The position numbers and the translations under genes were made by a program. Positions 1-9,696 of a DNA stretch of 47,458 bases are shown in pieces. The notes beneath the pieces are model-generated. The model had not been told where the DNA came from, made no database searches, and was given only the letters and a program-made list of their open reading frames with translations. The stretch spans positions 1 to 47,458 of the forward strand of contig CALWYR010000117.1 in NCBI GenBank assembly GCA_944385805.1, read 5' to 3'. This DNA comes from an uncultured Oscillospiraceae bacterium (GTDB taxonomy: Bacteria; Bacillota; Clostridia; Oscillospirales; Oscillospiraceae). How positions within the stretch are numbered: position 1 is the stretch's first letter; each line of letters opens with the position of its first letter.

Positions 1-1
1 C

Positions 2-406
2 ATCTCCGGCGCGGAGGGCGGCTGCCAGGCCGAGTGCGGCAGCGCCTCCGCCATGGCGGCCGCGGCAGTCTGCGAGGTCATGGGAGGTACGCCGCAAAGC
101 TGCGCCGAGGCCTGCGCAATCGCGATAAAGAATCAGCTCGGCCTGGTCTGCGACCCTGTCGCCGGGCTGGTCGAGATCCCCTGCGTAAAGCGAAACGCAG
201 CCGGCACGGCCATAGCCCTCACCGCCGCTGAAATGGCCCTGGCCGGCATAGCAAGCAGGATCCCCGCCGACGAGTGCATAGACGCCATGCGCGAGGTGGG
301 GGAGAGCCTCCCCTGCGCCCTGCGCGAGACCGCGCGAGGCGGACTGGCAGCCACGCCGACGGGAGAGCGCCTGCGCGGACAGGTGTTCGGCCGCAAGTGC
401 AAATAA
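2..406 (+). CDS. sdaAA: L-serine dehydratase (iron-sulfur dependent), alpha subunit, C-terminal part; 5' end lies outside the window
   Basis: The frame is open from the window edge. Translation ISGAEGGCQAECGSASAMAAAA...GLVCDPVAGLVEIPCVKRNA matches the conserved SdaAA core. TAA stop at 404-406. Confidence 0.85.
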   Translation: MSGAEGGCQAECGSASAMAAAAVCEVMGGTPQSCAEACAIAIKNQLGLVCDPVAGLVEIPCVKRNAAGTAIALTAAEMALAGIASRIPADECIDAMREVGESLPCALRETARGGLAATPTGERLRGQVFGRKCK

Positions 407-410
407 GCGA

Positions 411-448
411 AAAAGGGCCCGGTTCCTCTATGAGCCGGGCCCTTTTTT
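411..448. terminator. Bidirectional rho-independent terminator between sdaAA and cotJC
   Basis: Stem gggcccgg (415-422) pairs with ccgggccc (435-442). It is flanked by an A-run upstream and a T6 run downstream. Confidence 0.7.
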
Positions 449-454
449 ATATTC

Positions 455-1051
455 TTACTTATCAAACGCCGGGTTGACGGCGTAGATATTCTTTTGATCC
501 AGTCTCTCGCTCGCCATGCGCAGAGCCTCGCCAAAGCGCTGGTAGTGGACTACCTCGCGCTCGCGCAGGAAGCGTATCACGTCGTTGACGTCCGGGTCGT
601 CGGAAAGCCGCAGGATGTTGTCATAGGTCACGCGCGCCTTCTGCTCCGCGCCCATGTCCTCGGTGAGGTCGGCAATCACATCGCCCTTGACGGCCATGCA
701 GACGGCGTTGAAGGGCGCGCCGGAAGCCGCGACGGGGTAGACGCCGGCCGTGTGGTCGACAAAGTAGTCGGCAAAGCCGCCCGCTTTTATCTGTTCGACG
801 GTCATATTGCGCGTAAGCTGGTGGACTATCGCGCCTATCATCTCCAGGTGGCCGAGCTCCTCGGTGCCGATGTCGGTCAGGATTCCCTTGAGCTCAGGAT
901 AGGGCATGGAGTAGCGCTGCGTGAGATAGCGCAGGCTGGCTCCGAGCTCGCCGTCCGGCCCTCCGTACTGGCTGATGATTATCTTTGCCAGCATGGGATT
1001 GGGGTTTTTGATACGCACGGGGTATTGCAGCTTCTTCTGATAAACAAACAT
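455..1051 (-). CDS. cotJC: Spore coat protein CotJC (manganese catalase family)
   Basis: 198 aa. N-terminus MFVYQKKLQYPVRIKNPNPMLAKIIISQYGGPDGELGASLRYLTQRY and motif TEELGHLEMIG are typical of CotJC/Mn-catalase. RBS AAGGAGGG lies upstream. Confidence 0.9.
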   Translation of the reverse strand: MFVYQKKLQYPVRIKNPNPMLAKIIISQYGGPDGELGASLRYLTQRYSMPYPELKGILTDIGTEELGHLEMIGAIVHQLTRNMTVEQIKAGGFADYFVDHTAGVYPVAASGAPFNAVCMAVKGDVIADLTEDMGAEQKARVTYDNILRLSDDPDVNDVIRFLREREVVHYQRFGEALRMASERLDQKNIYAVNPAFDK

Positions 1052-1054
1052 CGC

Positions 1055-1489
1055 TCAGCCCTCCTTGACGTAGTCCCACGGCCAGGGGTCGTTTGGCCAG
1101 TTAAAGCTGGGAGCGTAGGCCATGTCGCTGCGCTGCAGAGGCCCGTACTCGGCGGCGTAGGTGTTTCGCCCCTCCTCATAGAGCTTCAGCATGGACTGAT
1201 AGGTCGCGAAGGCCTCGCTGTCAGACGGGTGCGTGTCCAGATAGAGGGCCAGCTCATTGCAGACGAAGTCCAGCGCCATCAGCTCGCGCAGCGGCGTGGT
1301 CTTGGCCGGCATTTTGTTGACGATATTCATAAAGGGCAGGTCGAGCCCCGGGAAGAGCGTGCCGCGCGCGAGCGCCTCGGCGTTGGAATAGGCCGGCTCC
1401 GCCGAGCCCTGCGAGGGCATGACGGCGAGCCCCAGCGCCGCGCAGCCGGGCAGCGCGCCCTGTTTATAGGTGCATTCGGTATTTTCCAC
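1055..1489 (-). CDS. Fused CotJA-CotJB spore coat-associated protein
   Basis: 144 aa with a GTG start preceded by GGAGG. The N-terminal half carries the CotJA-type motif (AVMPSQ...EALARGTLFPGLDLPF). The C-terminal half carries the CotJB motif (ELALYLDTHPSD...YGPL). It lies directly upstream of cotJC. Confidence 0.75.
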   Translation of the reverse strand: MENTECTYKQGALPGCAALGLAVMPSQGSAEPAYSNAEALARGTLFPGLDLPFMNIVNKMPAKTTPLRELMALDFVCNELALYLDTHPSDSEAFATYQSMLKLYEEGRNTYAAEYGPLQRSDMAYAPSFNWPNDPWPWDYVKEG

Positions 1490-1654
1490 GAGTTAGCCTC
1501 CAGTCAAAAGCTTGCGGGTTTCCCCGCGCCATAATATGACGCGGCCGCCGCCGTGGTGAGCCGCGCGTTGGCAAAGCGGCGGCCGGCGCATACAATGGGG
1601 TGACGCGGGTATCCTGCCCGCGTCCTCTGAAACCATGGTGAAGGGAGTAAGCGC

Positions 1655-2641
<987 letters not shown>

Positions 2642-2691
2642 GGGAAGGGAGGACGGTCATCCGTCCTCCCAATTTTCAATGAGGTGAGAGC

Positions 2692-3780
2692 GTGAAGGTA
2701 TATGTCTACGCCATCTGTAAAAACGAGAGCAAGTTTGTCGACCGCTGGATGGACTCGATGTGCGAGGCCGACGGTGTCTATGTCCTTGACACGGGCTCTG
2801 AGGACGACACGATTGAGAAGCTGCGCGCACGAGGGGCAGCAGTTGAATGCGAGATAATACGCCCCTGGCGCTTTGACACCGCTCGTAACCGCTCGCTGGA
2901 GCTGGTGCCTCTGGACGCCGATATATGTATCTGCACCGACCTTGACGAACTGCTGCATCCCGGCTGGAGAAAGCTGTTGGAAAATGCCTGGAGGCCGGGT
3001 ACAAGCCGCGCGGCCTACCGCTACACATGGAACTTCAATCCAGACGGCAGCGAGGGCTATGTCTTCTGGACAGAGAAGGCCCACTCCCGGCTTGGCTATA
3101 TGTGGACGCACCCTGTTCACGAGGTGCTGACATGGACGGGGCCGGGGCAGGAGGGAGGCAAGGTCTACGTTGAGGGCATGCAGCTCGACCACCGCGCAGA
3201 CGACTCCAAATCCCGCGCGCAGTATCTGCCGCTGCTTGAGCTGTCAGTGCTTGAGGACCCGGAGGACGACCGCAGCCTGCACTATCTGGGGCGGGAGTAC
3301 TACTTCCACGGCCGCTGGCAGGAGGCTGTGGTCACGCTAAAGCGCCATCTGCTGCTGCCGGGGGCAACCTGGGCGGATGAGCGCTGCGCCTCCATGCGCT
3401 ACATATCCCGCTGCCTTATCCAGCTCGGCCGCCGCGAGGAGGCCAGGCAATGGCTCTGGCGCGCCGTTGCCGAGGCTCCGCACCTGCGCGAGCCATATTT
3501 GGAGCTCGCGGCCATGCTCTATGAGGACAGGAACTGGGACGGCGTCGTCTACCTCACGCGCGAGGCGCTGCGCATCACCGAAAGGCCGCGCAGCTATGTC
3601 AGCGAGGCCGCCTCCTGGGGAAGCCTGCCCTGGGATCTGCTCTCGCTGGGGCTCTACTACAGCGGCCGCTATGGTGAGGCCTATGAGGCCGCGCTGCGCG
3701 CCGCCTCTCTCGCCGCGTCAGATGAGAGGATAGCGCGAAACCTGGAGCTCATGCGCGCCAGAGCAGAGGGCGGCTTGTAA
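2692..3780 (+). CDS. Family-2-type glycosyltransferase with a C-terminal TPR-like domain
   Basis: 362 aa with a GTG start after GAGGTG. The N-terminus VYVYAICKNESKFVDRWMDSM...VLDTGSEDDT...CTDLDE has GT-A fold hallmarks, including a DxD-like motif. The C-terminal helical repeats (HYLGREYYFHGRWQEA...) look TPR-like. Confidence 0.7.
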   Translation: MKVYVYAICKNESKFVDRWMDSMCEADGVYVLDTGSEDDTIEKLRARGAAVECEIIRPWRFDTARNRSLELVPLDADICICTDLDELLHPGWRKLLENAWRPGTSRAAYRYTWNFNPDGSEGYVFWTEKAHSRLGYMWTHPVHEVLTWTGPGQEGGKVYVEGMQLDHRADDSKSRAQYLPLLELSVLEDPEDDRSLHYLGREYYFHGRWQEAVVTLKRHLLLPGATWADERCASMRYISRCLIQLGRREEARQWLWRAVAEAPHLREPYLELAAMLYEDRNWDGVVYLTREALRITERPRSYVSEAASWGSLPWDLLSLGLYYSGRYGEAYEAALRAASLAASDERIARNLELMRARAEGGL

Positions 3781-3839
3781 AAGGGGGCAATGTGTGTTAC
3801 CATGTGAAAAAACCGCGGGGAGTGTTTCAGGTGAAGAAA

Positions 3840-4673
3840 ATGGTGCTCTTTGGAGCGGGGCAGGCCGGTCGTGCGGCGGCGCGTCTCATCGGCTCAGACT
3901 GGGAAATATGCTGCTTTGCCGACAACGCCGCCGGGCGGCTTCCGGAGCGCGTGCTGGGACTGGAGGTGCTCCCTCCCGCAGAGGCGCTCGAACACGCTCC
4001 CGACGCCGTCTGCCTCTGCGCAGCCGACGCCGGACGCGCCGGCGAAATGGCGGCGCAGCTGCGTGGGCTCGGCTACACGGGACAGATACTGGACTGCGCC
4101 TCGCTCAGGCTCTTTGACGCGCGCCTTGCGGTGATGCGCCTGTTGGCGGAGCAGCTGAAATCGCTGGGCATCCCCGGTGACGCCGCCGAGCTGGGCGTGT
4201 ACCGGGGCTGCTTTGCTGCGCAGATAAACGCCGCCCTGCCGGAGAGGACGCTGCACCTATTTGACACCTTCCGCGGCTTCGACGCGCGCGACATAGGCCC
4301 CGAGGCCGGTCTCTCGCGCGCGGCTGCGGGAGACTTTGCCGATACCTCCGTGGAGGCCGTGCGCTCCATCCTGCCTCACGCTGAGCGCGCGGTCTTCCAC
4401 GCCGGGTATTTCCCAGAGACCTTCGAGCCCTGCGAGGGCTTGCGCTTTGCCCTGGTCTCGCTCGACGCCGACCTCTATGCGCCGACAGCGGCCGCACTGC
4501 CGCTCTTCTGGGAGAGGCTGTCGCCCGGCGGCGCTATAATCGTCCATGACGTGTACGGCACGCAATATCCCGGCGCGGGCCGCGCGCTGGACGAATTCTG
4601 CCGCGGGCGCGGAGTTTTCGCCGTACCGGTCGGCGACCTGCACGGAAGCGCCGTGCTGAGAAAAAATCGCTGA
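3840..4673 (+). CDS. TylF/macrocin-O-methyltransferase-family SAM-dependent O-methyltransferase
   Basis: Motifs ELGVYRGCFAAQI...LHLFDTFRGF and SLDADLYAPT...LSPGGAIIVHDVY match the TylF family. The start is ambiguous: GTG 3831, ATG 3840 or ATG 3792. Confidence 0.7.
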   Translation: MVLFGAGQAGRAAARLIGSDWEICCFADNAAGRLPERVLGLEVLPPAEALEHAPDAVCLCAADAGRAGEMAAQLRGLGYTGQILDCASLRLFDARLAVMRLLAEQLKSLGIPGDAAELGVYRGCFAAQINAALPERTLHLFDTFRGFDARDIGPEAGLSRAAAGDFADTSVEAVRSILPHAERAVFHAGYFPETFEPCEGLRFALVSLDADLYAPTAAALPLFWERLSPGGAIIVHDVYGTQYPGAGRALDEFCRGRGVFAVPVGDLHGSAVLRKNR

Positions 4674-4680
4674 AAAGTGC

Positions 4681-4709
4681 TTGACTAGCACACCGACTTA
4701 TGTTATGAT
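4681..4709 (+). promoter_or_regulatory. Sigma-A-type promoter for the DUF2325-DUF3793-flavodoxin operon
   Basis: -35 TTGACT (4681-4686), 17-nt spacer, -10 TATGAT (4704-4709). Confidence 0.5.
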
Positions 4710-4720
4710 TGCAGTGCCAA

Positions 4721-4782
4721 TTAGTGATGACTAACCGGCCGCGAAGCGGCATTTATTCACAGCAGATGTTAGCAATGACTAA
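4721..4782 (+). promoter_or_regulatory. Two copies of a 14-bp palindromic candidate operator, just downstream of the -10
   Basis: TTAGTgatgACTAA (4721-4734) and TTAGCaatgACTAA (4769-4782). Centres are 48 nt apart. A GC hairpin gccgc-gaa-gcggc lies between them. Confidence 0.35.
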
Positions 4783-4810
4783 CTATCATCTATCAGGAAA
4801 GGAAGGGACT

Positions 4811-5098
4811 ATGAGCGTTGTAATAGTTGGCGGCAATGAGGGAATGGCGGGCCAGTACGAGAGCATCTGCCGTGAACACGGCTGCAAGGCCAAGGTGTTC
4901 ACAAAGGAACACGGCTCGCTGAAGAAGAAACTGGGCACGCCCGACCTGCTGATACTCTTTGTCAACACGGTATCGCACAAGATGGTGCTGAGCGTTACCC
5001 AGGAGGCCAAGAAGAATTCCGTGCCCGTGGCTCGCGTGCTCACCAGCAGCGCCACGGCCCTGCGCGCGACGCTCGCCGAGCGGGTCATGGCGGTGTGA
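4811..5098 (+). CDS. DUF2325 domain protein
   Basis: 95 aa: MSVVIVGGNEGMAGQYESICREHGCKAKVF...PDLLILFVNTVSHKM. RBS AGGAAAGGAAGGG. The tracked ORF start at 4709 was trimmed. Confidence 0.65.
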   Translation: MSVVIVGGNEGMAGQYESICREHGCKAKVFTKEHGSLKKKLGTPDLLILFVNTVSHKMVLSVTQEAKKNSVPVARVLTSSATALRATLAERVMAV

Positions 5099-5099
5099 C

Positions 5100-5654
5100 A
5101 TGTGTTTGGAGCGCTATCTGATCGAACAGTGCGCGCCGACGCTGGCCTCGCTCAAGACGGGTTCTCTCTTTGGCGTAATTGAACCCGACGAAGCCGAGCT
5201 GAGGCGTCAGGCGGCGCTGTGGCAGAGCGAGCTCGCGACAAAGGGGCTAGTGCTGAGCATATTGCGCTACCGGAACGGCAGGGCGCTGATATATCTAGGA
5301 CGTCTGTCGCAGCTCTCCCGCGACCTCTCAGCGCCCGGCGCGGAGCAGCTGCTGGCCCGCTGCGGCTACATTGGCAGCGAGCCCGGAGCGGCGCTCAGGC
5401 GGCTCAGCGAGCGCATACATACCGCGGAGAGCTTTCCGCATGAAATCGGCCTCTTCCTCGGATATCCTCTTGAGGACGTGCTGGGTTTCATACAGTACGG
5501 CGGCAAGCGCAGCAAGTGTACCGGCTTCTGGCAGGTATACGGCGATGTGCAGGGAGCGCAAAGGGTCTTCGAGCGCTTTCGCAAGTGCACCGCCGTCTAT
5601 CAGAAGCTCTATAACCGCGGCCAGGGGCTGATGCAGCTGACGGTCGCCGCGTGA
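5100..5654 (+). CDS. DUF3793 family protein
   Basis: 184 aa with N-terminal LIEQCAPTLASLKTGSLF, typical of DUF3793. It starts 2 nt after the previous stop. Confidence 0.6.
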   Translation: MCLERYLIEQCAPTLASLKTGSLFGVIEPDEAELRRQAALWQSELATKGLVLSILRYRNGRALIYLGRLSQLSRDLSAPGAEQLLARCGYIGSEPGAALRRLSERIHTAESFPHEIGLFLGYPLEDVLGFIQYGGKRSKCTGFWQVYGDVQGAQRVFERFRKCTAVYQKLYNRGQGLMQLTVAA

Positions 5655-5704
5655 GATGTGAAAATTATCAATTTCATTATTTAACAGGGAAAGAAGGTCA
5701 TATC

Positions 5705-6127
5705 ATGAGCAAAATAGCAGTAGTCTACTGGAGCGGCACAGGCAACACCGAGTCCATGGCCAACGCCGTCGCGGCGGGAGCGCGCGCGGCGGGAGCCGAC
5801 GCGGAACTCTTCACCGCCTCCGGCTTTGACGCCGCGAAAGCCGCAGGCTATGACGCCATCGCCTTCGGCTGCCCCGCCATGGGCAGCGAGCAGCTGGAGG
5901 AGGACGAGTTTGAGCCGATGTATGAGGGCTGCAAGGCCGTTCTCAAGGGCAAGCGCATAGCGCTCTTCGGCTCCTACGGCTGGGGAGACGGGGAGTGGAT
6001 GCGCTCCTGGGAGGCCTCAGCCAAGGGCTGCGGGGCCGTGCTCGCCTGCGAGAGCGTCATCTGCACAGACGCGCCGGACGAAACAGCGCTGGCCAATTGC
6101 GAGGCCCTGGGCAAGGCGCTGGCGTGA
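5705..6127 (+). CDS. Short-chain flavodoxin
   Basis: MSKIAVVYWSGTGNTE FMN-binding loop, then GCPAMGSE and FGSYGWGDGEW. 140 aa. RBS GAAAGAAGG. Confidence 0.9.
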   Translation: MSKIAVVYWSGTGNTESMANAVAAGARAAGADAELFTASGFDAAKAAGYDAIAFGCPAMGSEQLEEDEFEPMYEGCKAVLKGKRIALFGSYGWGDGEWMRSWEASAKGCGAVLACESVICTDAPDETALANCEALGKALA

Positions 6128-6140
6128 ACTGAAAGGTTTA

Positions 6141-6172
6141 AAAAATACCCGGACAAGAGTCCGGGTATTTTT
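6141..6172. terminator. Bidirectional rho-independent terminator
   Basis: aaaaatacccggac-aaga-gtccgggtattttt: a perfect stem flanked by A and T runs. Confidence 0.75.
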
Positions 6173-6192
6173 CATGTCAGCCGTATCGTGCG

Positions 6193-6618
6193 TCAGACCT
6201 TGAGGCTGAGGTCGCCGTGGCTGACCTTTTTCAGCAGAGCCTCACTGAGCTCCTTGTCCATGTACTTCTCGTTTTTGACAAAGAAGCTGACGGCGTTGCG
6301 CTGGTTGACGCCCAGGCGGCCAATGGTAGTCGCCAGGGTCAGCACTATTCCGCCCAGCCAGCCGAAGAGTGCGTAGTCGCCGCCCCAATATATAACGGCA
6401 ATTGTGGCGGCGGCGAGGACAATCAGCCAGAAGGCGGCCCGGCAAACGGCCTTTATGACCATGGCGCCGTAGGCCACGCGGCCGCCGTAGAGCTTTTTCA
6501 GCCTACTGGCAAGGGGAAGATCAGTGAAGAAGCCCAGCAGCACGGGCATGAGGCCAAAGGTATAGAGCAGGGCGCCGACGACAAAGAGCGCAATGGCTAT
6601 GATGATGTCGACTATCAA
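6193..6618 (-). CDS. Hypothetical integral membrane protein, co-transcribed with the DtxR-family regulator
   Basis: 141 aa with a TTG start. Three to four hydrophobic segments. No family recognised. Confidence 0.5.
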   Translation of the reverse strand: MIVDIIIAIALFVVGALLYTFGLMPVLLGFFTDLPLASRLKKLYGGRVAYGAMVIKAVCRAAFWLIVLAAATIAVIYWGGDYALFGWLGGIVLTLATTIGRLGVNQRNAVSFFVKNEKYMDKELSEALLKKVSHGDLSLKV

Positions 6619-6619
6619 C

Positions 6620-7024
6620 TCACTCGCCGTCCTTCCGAACGGAGGCCTTCAGGGCCTCGGTCATGGTCTTGGCGTGGAGCTTGAGGGCTTCAAAGGTCTC
6701 GTTCGATATGACGTGCTCGATGCGGCAGGCGTCCTCGGCGGCAACCTCGGGGTCGACGCCCATCTGCGTAATCCACTCGCTGAGCAGGGTGTGGCGCTCG
6801 TATATCTTTTCCGCTATCTCGCGGCCCTTGTCCAGCAGCTGTATGCCGCCGTCCGCGTCGACCTGGATATATCCGCCGAGGCGGAGGTTCTTCATGGCGA
6901 CGCTTACGCTGGGCTTGGAGAAGCCCAGCTCGTTGGCGATGTCTATGGAGCGCACGCTCCCTTTCCGTTTGTGCAGGATGAGTATGGTTTCAAGGTAGTT
7001 TTCCGCAGATTCCTGTATTTTCAT
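6620..7024 (-). CDS. DtxR/MntR-family metal-dependent transcriptional regulator
   Basis: MKIQESAENYLETILIL...SVRSIDIANELGFSKPSVSVAMKNL is a winged HTH. The metal-binding helix ERHTLLSEWI...ACRIEHVIS follows. 134 aa. Confidence 0.85.
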   Translation of the reverse strand: MKIQESAENYLETILILHKRKGSVRSIDIANELGFSKPSVSVAMKNLRLGGYIQVDADGGIQLLDKGREIAEKIYERHTLLSEWITQMGVDPEVAAEDACRIEHVISNETFEALKLHAKTMTEALKASVRKDGE

Positions 7025-7152
7025 CAGAGTTCCTCTCTTTCATCTCAGGCGAAGTGTATTTAATTTATTGTACCACACGCGACCATATTCTGCAAGCACA
7101 TGTAGCCGATAGATGTTTTATGTGCTATAATTGCAAAAAAGGAGATGTAGAA

Positions 7153-7959
7153 ATGAGCTCGTTCGCCCTGAAACTAACGGCCATAGCGCTGATGACCCTG
7201 GACCACTTCGCCTCGATAATCGGCCAGGCCGGGCTTATCGCCCTGTTTCCCGGCGCGGGATGGGACAGCGCCTGGGCTGTGAAGCTGAGCTATGTCATAT
7301 TGCAGATACTCCACGGCCTGGGCCGCGCGGCCTTCCCGCTCTTCGCCTTCATGCTCGCCGAGGGCTGCACGAGGACGCGCAGTATGCCGCGCTACATGGG
7401 CCGGTTGGCGCTCTTCGCGCTTATCTCAGAGCCGGTTTACTATTTCACGCTCGGCGGCGCGGTATACGGCGCGGACTTGGGCGGCCTTGCAGCTCACCTC
7501 GCCGCGCTGAACTTCGAAAACGTCTTCTTCACGCTAACCCTCGCCGCGCTCGCCATATACGCCTGGCAGCGCCTGATCCCGCGGGGCAGGGGAGGGGCGG
7601 CGCTCGGCCTCCTCGCCTTCGTCATCGCCGCCTTCGCCGCCGAGTATTTCAAGACGGATTACGGAGCGATGGGCGTGATACTCATATTCGCGCTCTGCCT
7701 CGTGCGGACGGACAGGAAGCTCCAGGGCGCGGTCATAGTCCTGTGGGCTCTGGTTCTCTACTTCTTTTCAGGCTTTGGCTATGGATGGTACGATATCGGC
7801 CGCTGGCAGTTCATCAGCTTTTTCGGCGCCTGCCTCGCGCTCATACCGATTTCGCTCTACAACGGCAGCCACGGTAGGCCGCTCAAGTGGGCCTTCTATA
7901 TCTACTACCCCGCGCACCTCGCCGCGCTCGGGCTTATCTCCGCCGCGCTTTTGCATTGA
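7153..7959 (+). CDS. TraX-family membrane protein
   Basis: LKLTAIALMTLDHFA N-terminal motif, polytopic, 268 aa. RBS AAAGGAGA. An extended -10 TGcTATAAT lies upstream at about 7119-7127. Confidence 0.7.
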   Translation: MSSFALKLTAIALMTLDHFASIIGQAGLIALFPGAGWDSAWAVKLSYVILQILHGLGRAAFPLFAFMLAEGCTRTRSMPRYMGRLALFALISEPVYYFTLGGAVYGADLGGLAAHLAALNFENVFFTLTLAALAIYAWQRLIPRGRGGAALGLLAFVIAAFAAEYFKTDYGAMGVILIFALCLVRTDRKLQGAVIVLWALVLYFFSGFGYGWYDIGRWQFISFFGACLALIPISLYNGSHGRPLKWAFYIYYPAHLAALGLISAALLH

Positions 7960-8008
7960 CAAGTCCGCCGCGGCATATTAAACTATACGCTGTTGAAATT
8001 CTGGAGGG

Positions 8009-9145
8009 ATGCCCTTGTTTAAGGTTCTGAAACGCTCGGGCCGCGCCAGGCGCGGCGAATTCACCTGCCCGCACGGCACAGTGCAGACGCCGGTCTTCAT
8101 GAACGTCGGCACCCAGGGCGCGATAAAGGGCGCGCTCTCGGCGCGGGACTTAAAGGAGATCGGCTGCCAGATAGAGCTCTCGAACACATATCATCTGCAC
8201 GTCCGCCCCGGCGACGCACTCATCAAGTCCCTTGGCGGGCTGCACAAGTTCATGACCTGGGACGGGCCCATCCTCACGGACAGCGGCGGCTTCCAGATCT
8301 TCTCCCTCGCCGAGCTGCGCAGGATAGGCGAGGACGGAGTGCGCTTCAACTCGCACGTCGACGGGCGGCACATCTTCATGGGGCCCGAGGAGAGTATGCG
8401 CATACAGTCCAACCTCGGCAGCGACATCGCCATGGCCTTCGACGAGTGCGTGAAGATACCCTCGCCCTACGACTATGTCAAGGCCAGCTGCGAGCGCACG
8501 GCCCGCTGGCTGGAGCGCTGCGTGAAGGCCCTCGCGGAGTATAACGCCGAGCCGGACGCGGTGAATCCCGGCCAGGTGCTCTTCGGTATAAACCAGGGCG
8601 CGGTCTTCCACGACCTGCGCGTGGAGCACATGAAGCGCATAGCGGAGCTCGACTGCGCGGGCTACGCCATCGGCGGCCTCGCCGTCGGAGAGACGCACCA
8701 GGAGATGTATGACACCATCGAGGCCGTCGAGGAGTATATGCCTCAGGACAAGCCCCGCTATCTCATGGGCGTCGGCACGCCGGGAAATATCATAGAGGTC
8801 GTCAGCAGGGGAGTGGACTTCTTCGACTGCGTCATGCCCGCGCGCAACGGCCGCCACGGCCACCTCTTCACCTGGGGCGGGATTATCAACATCAAAAACG
8901 CCAAATATGAGCGCGACGAGGGCCCGATAGACCCCGAGTGCTCTTGCCCGGTCTGCCGGCGCTACTCGCGCGCCTATCTCCGCCATCTCTTCAAGGCCGA
9001 GGAGATGCTCGCCATGCGCTTCGCCGTGACGCACAACCTCTGGTTCTACAACAGCCTCATGCAGCGCATACGCGACGCGCTGGACGCCGGAGAGTTTGCA
9101 GCCTTCCGCGCGCGCTATTCCGCCGCGCTCGACAGGAGAATATAA
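8009..9145 (+). CDS. tgt: Queuine tRNA-ribosyltransferase (tRNA-guanine transglycosylase)
   Basis: 378 aa. Motifs TPVFMNVGT, LTDSGGFQ, Zn motif CSCPVC...H and GVDFFDCV. The start could instead be TTG 8015. Confidence 0.95.
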   Translation: MPLFKVLKRSGRARRGEFTCPHGTVQTPVFMNVGTQGAIKGALSARDLKEIGCQIELSNTYHLHVRPGDALIKSLGGLHKFMTWDGPILTDSGGFQIFSLAELRRIGEDGVRFNSHVDGRHIFMGPEESMRIQSNLGSDIAMAFDECVKIPSPYDYVKASCERTARWLERCVKALAEYNAEPDAVNPGQVLFGINQGAVFHDLRVEHMKRIAELDCAGYAIGGLAVGETHQEMYDTIEAVEEYMPQDKPRYLMGVGTPGNIIEVVSRGVDFFDCVMPARNGRHGHLFTWGGIINIKNAKYERDEGPIDPECSCPVCRRYSRAYLRHLFKAEEMLAMRFAVTHNLWFYNSLMQRIRDALDAGEFAAFRARYSAALDRRI

Positions 9146-9217
9146 AAACCTTGCAATTTTGAAAATATCGGGTTATAATCTACACACCGTATATTTAAGC
9201 TGGAGGTAAGCAAGCAC

Positions 9218-9625
9218 ATGTTTAACGTACTCAGCGGTACCACGACGCAGGCTGCCGGCATGGGCGGTATGTCGTCCATCCTCTTCCTCGTCATCATCTT
9301 CGTCGTCTTCTACTTCTTCCTTATCCGCCCCGAGAACAAGCGCAAAAAGCAGCTCAACGAGATGCGCAGCAACATCTCCCTCGGCGATGAGATCGTCACC
9401 ATCGGCGGCATAATGGGCAAGGTCGTTCAGGTGACTGAGGACACCATCACCTTCGAGACCGGCGAGGACCGCGTCCGCCTGCAGGTCACCAAGTGGGCCA
9501 TCTCCTCCAATGTCCGCGAGGAGAAGGAGCGCGCCGCGCAGGAGGCCGCCGCCAAGGCCGCCAAGGCCAAGAGGAAAAAGGCCAAGACCTCCGGCGAAGA
9601 GAACAGCGTGGACGGCGACAATTAA
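9218..9625 (+). CDS. yajC: Preprotein translocase subunit YajC, with a Lys/Ala-rich C-terminal extension
   Basis: FFLIRPENKRKKQLNEMRSNISLGDEIVTIGGIMGKV is the YajC signature. It lies directly downstream of tgt. Confidence 0.85.
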   Translation: MFNVLSGTTTQAAGMGGMSSILFLVIIFVVFYFFLIRPENKRKKQLNEMRSNISLGDEIVTIGGIMGKVVQVTEDTITFETGEDRVRLQVTKWAISSNVREEKERAAQEAAAKAAKAKRKKAKTSGEENSVDGDN

Positions 9626-9644
9626 TCGCCGCGTTCGACGAATT

Positions 9645-9696
9645 AAAATCCCCCCGACGTAATAGGATGTACAAACATCACGTCGGGGGGATTTTT
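9645..9696 (+). terminator. Rho-independent terminator after yajC
   Basis: aatccccccgacgt ... acgtcggggggatt stem followed by TTTT. Confidence 0.7.
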
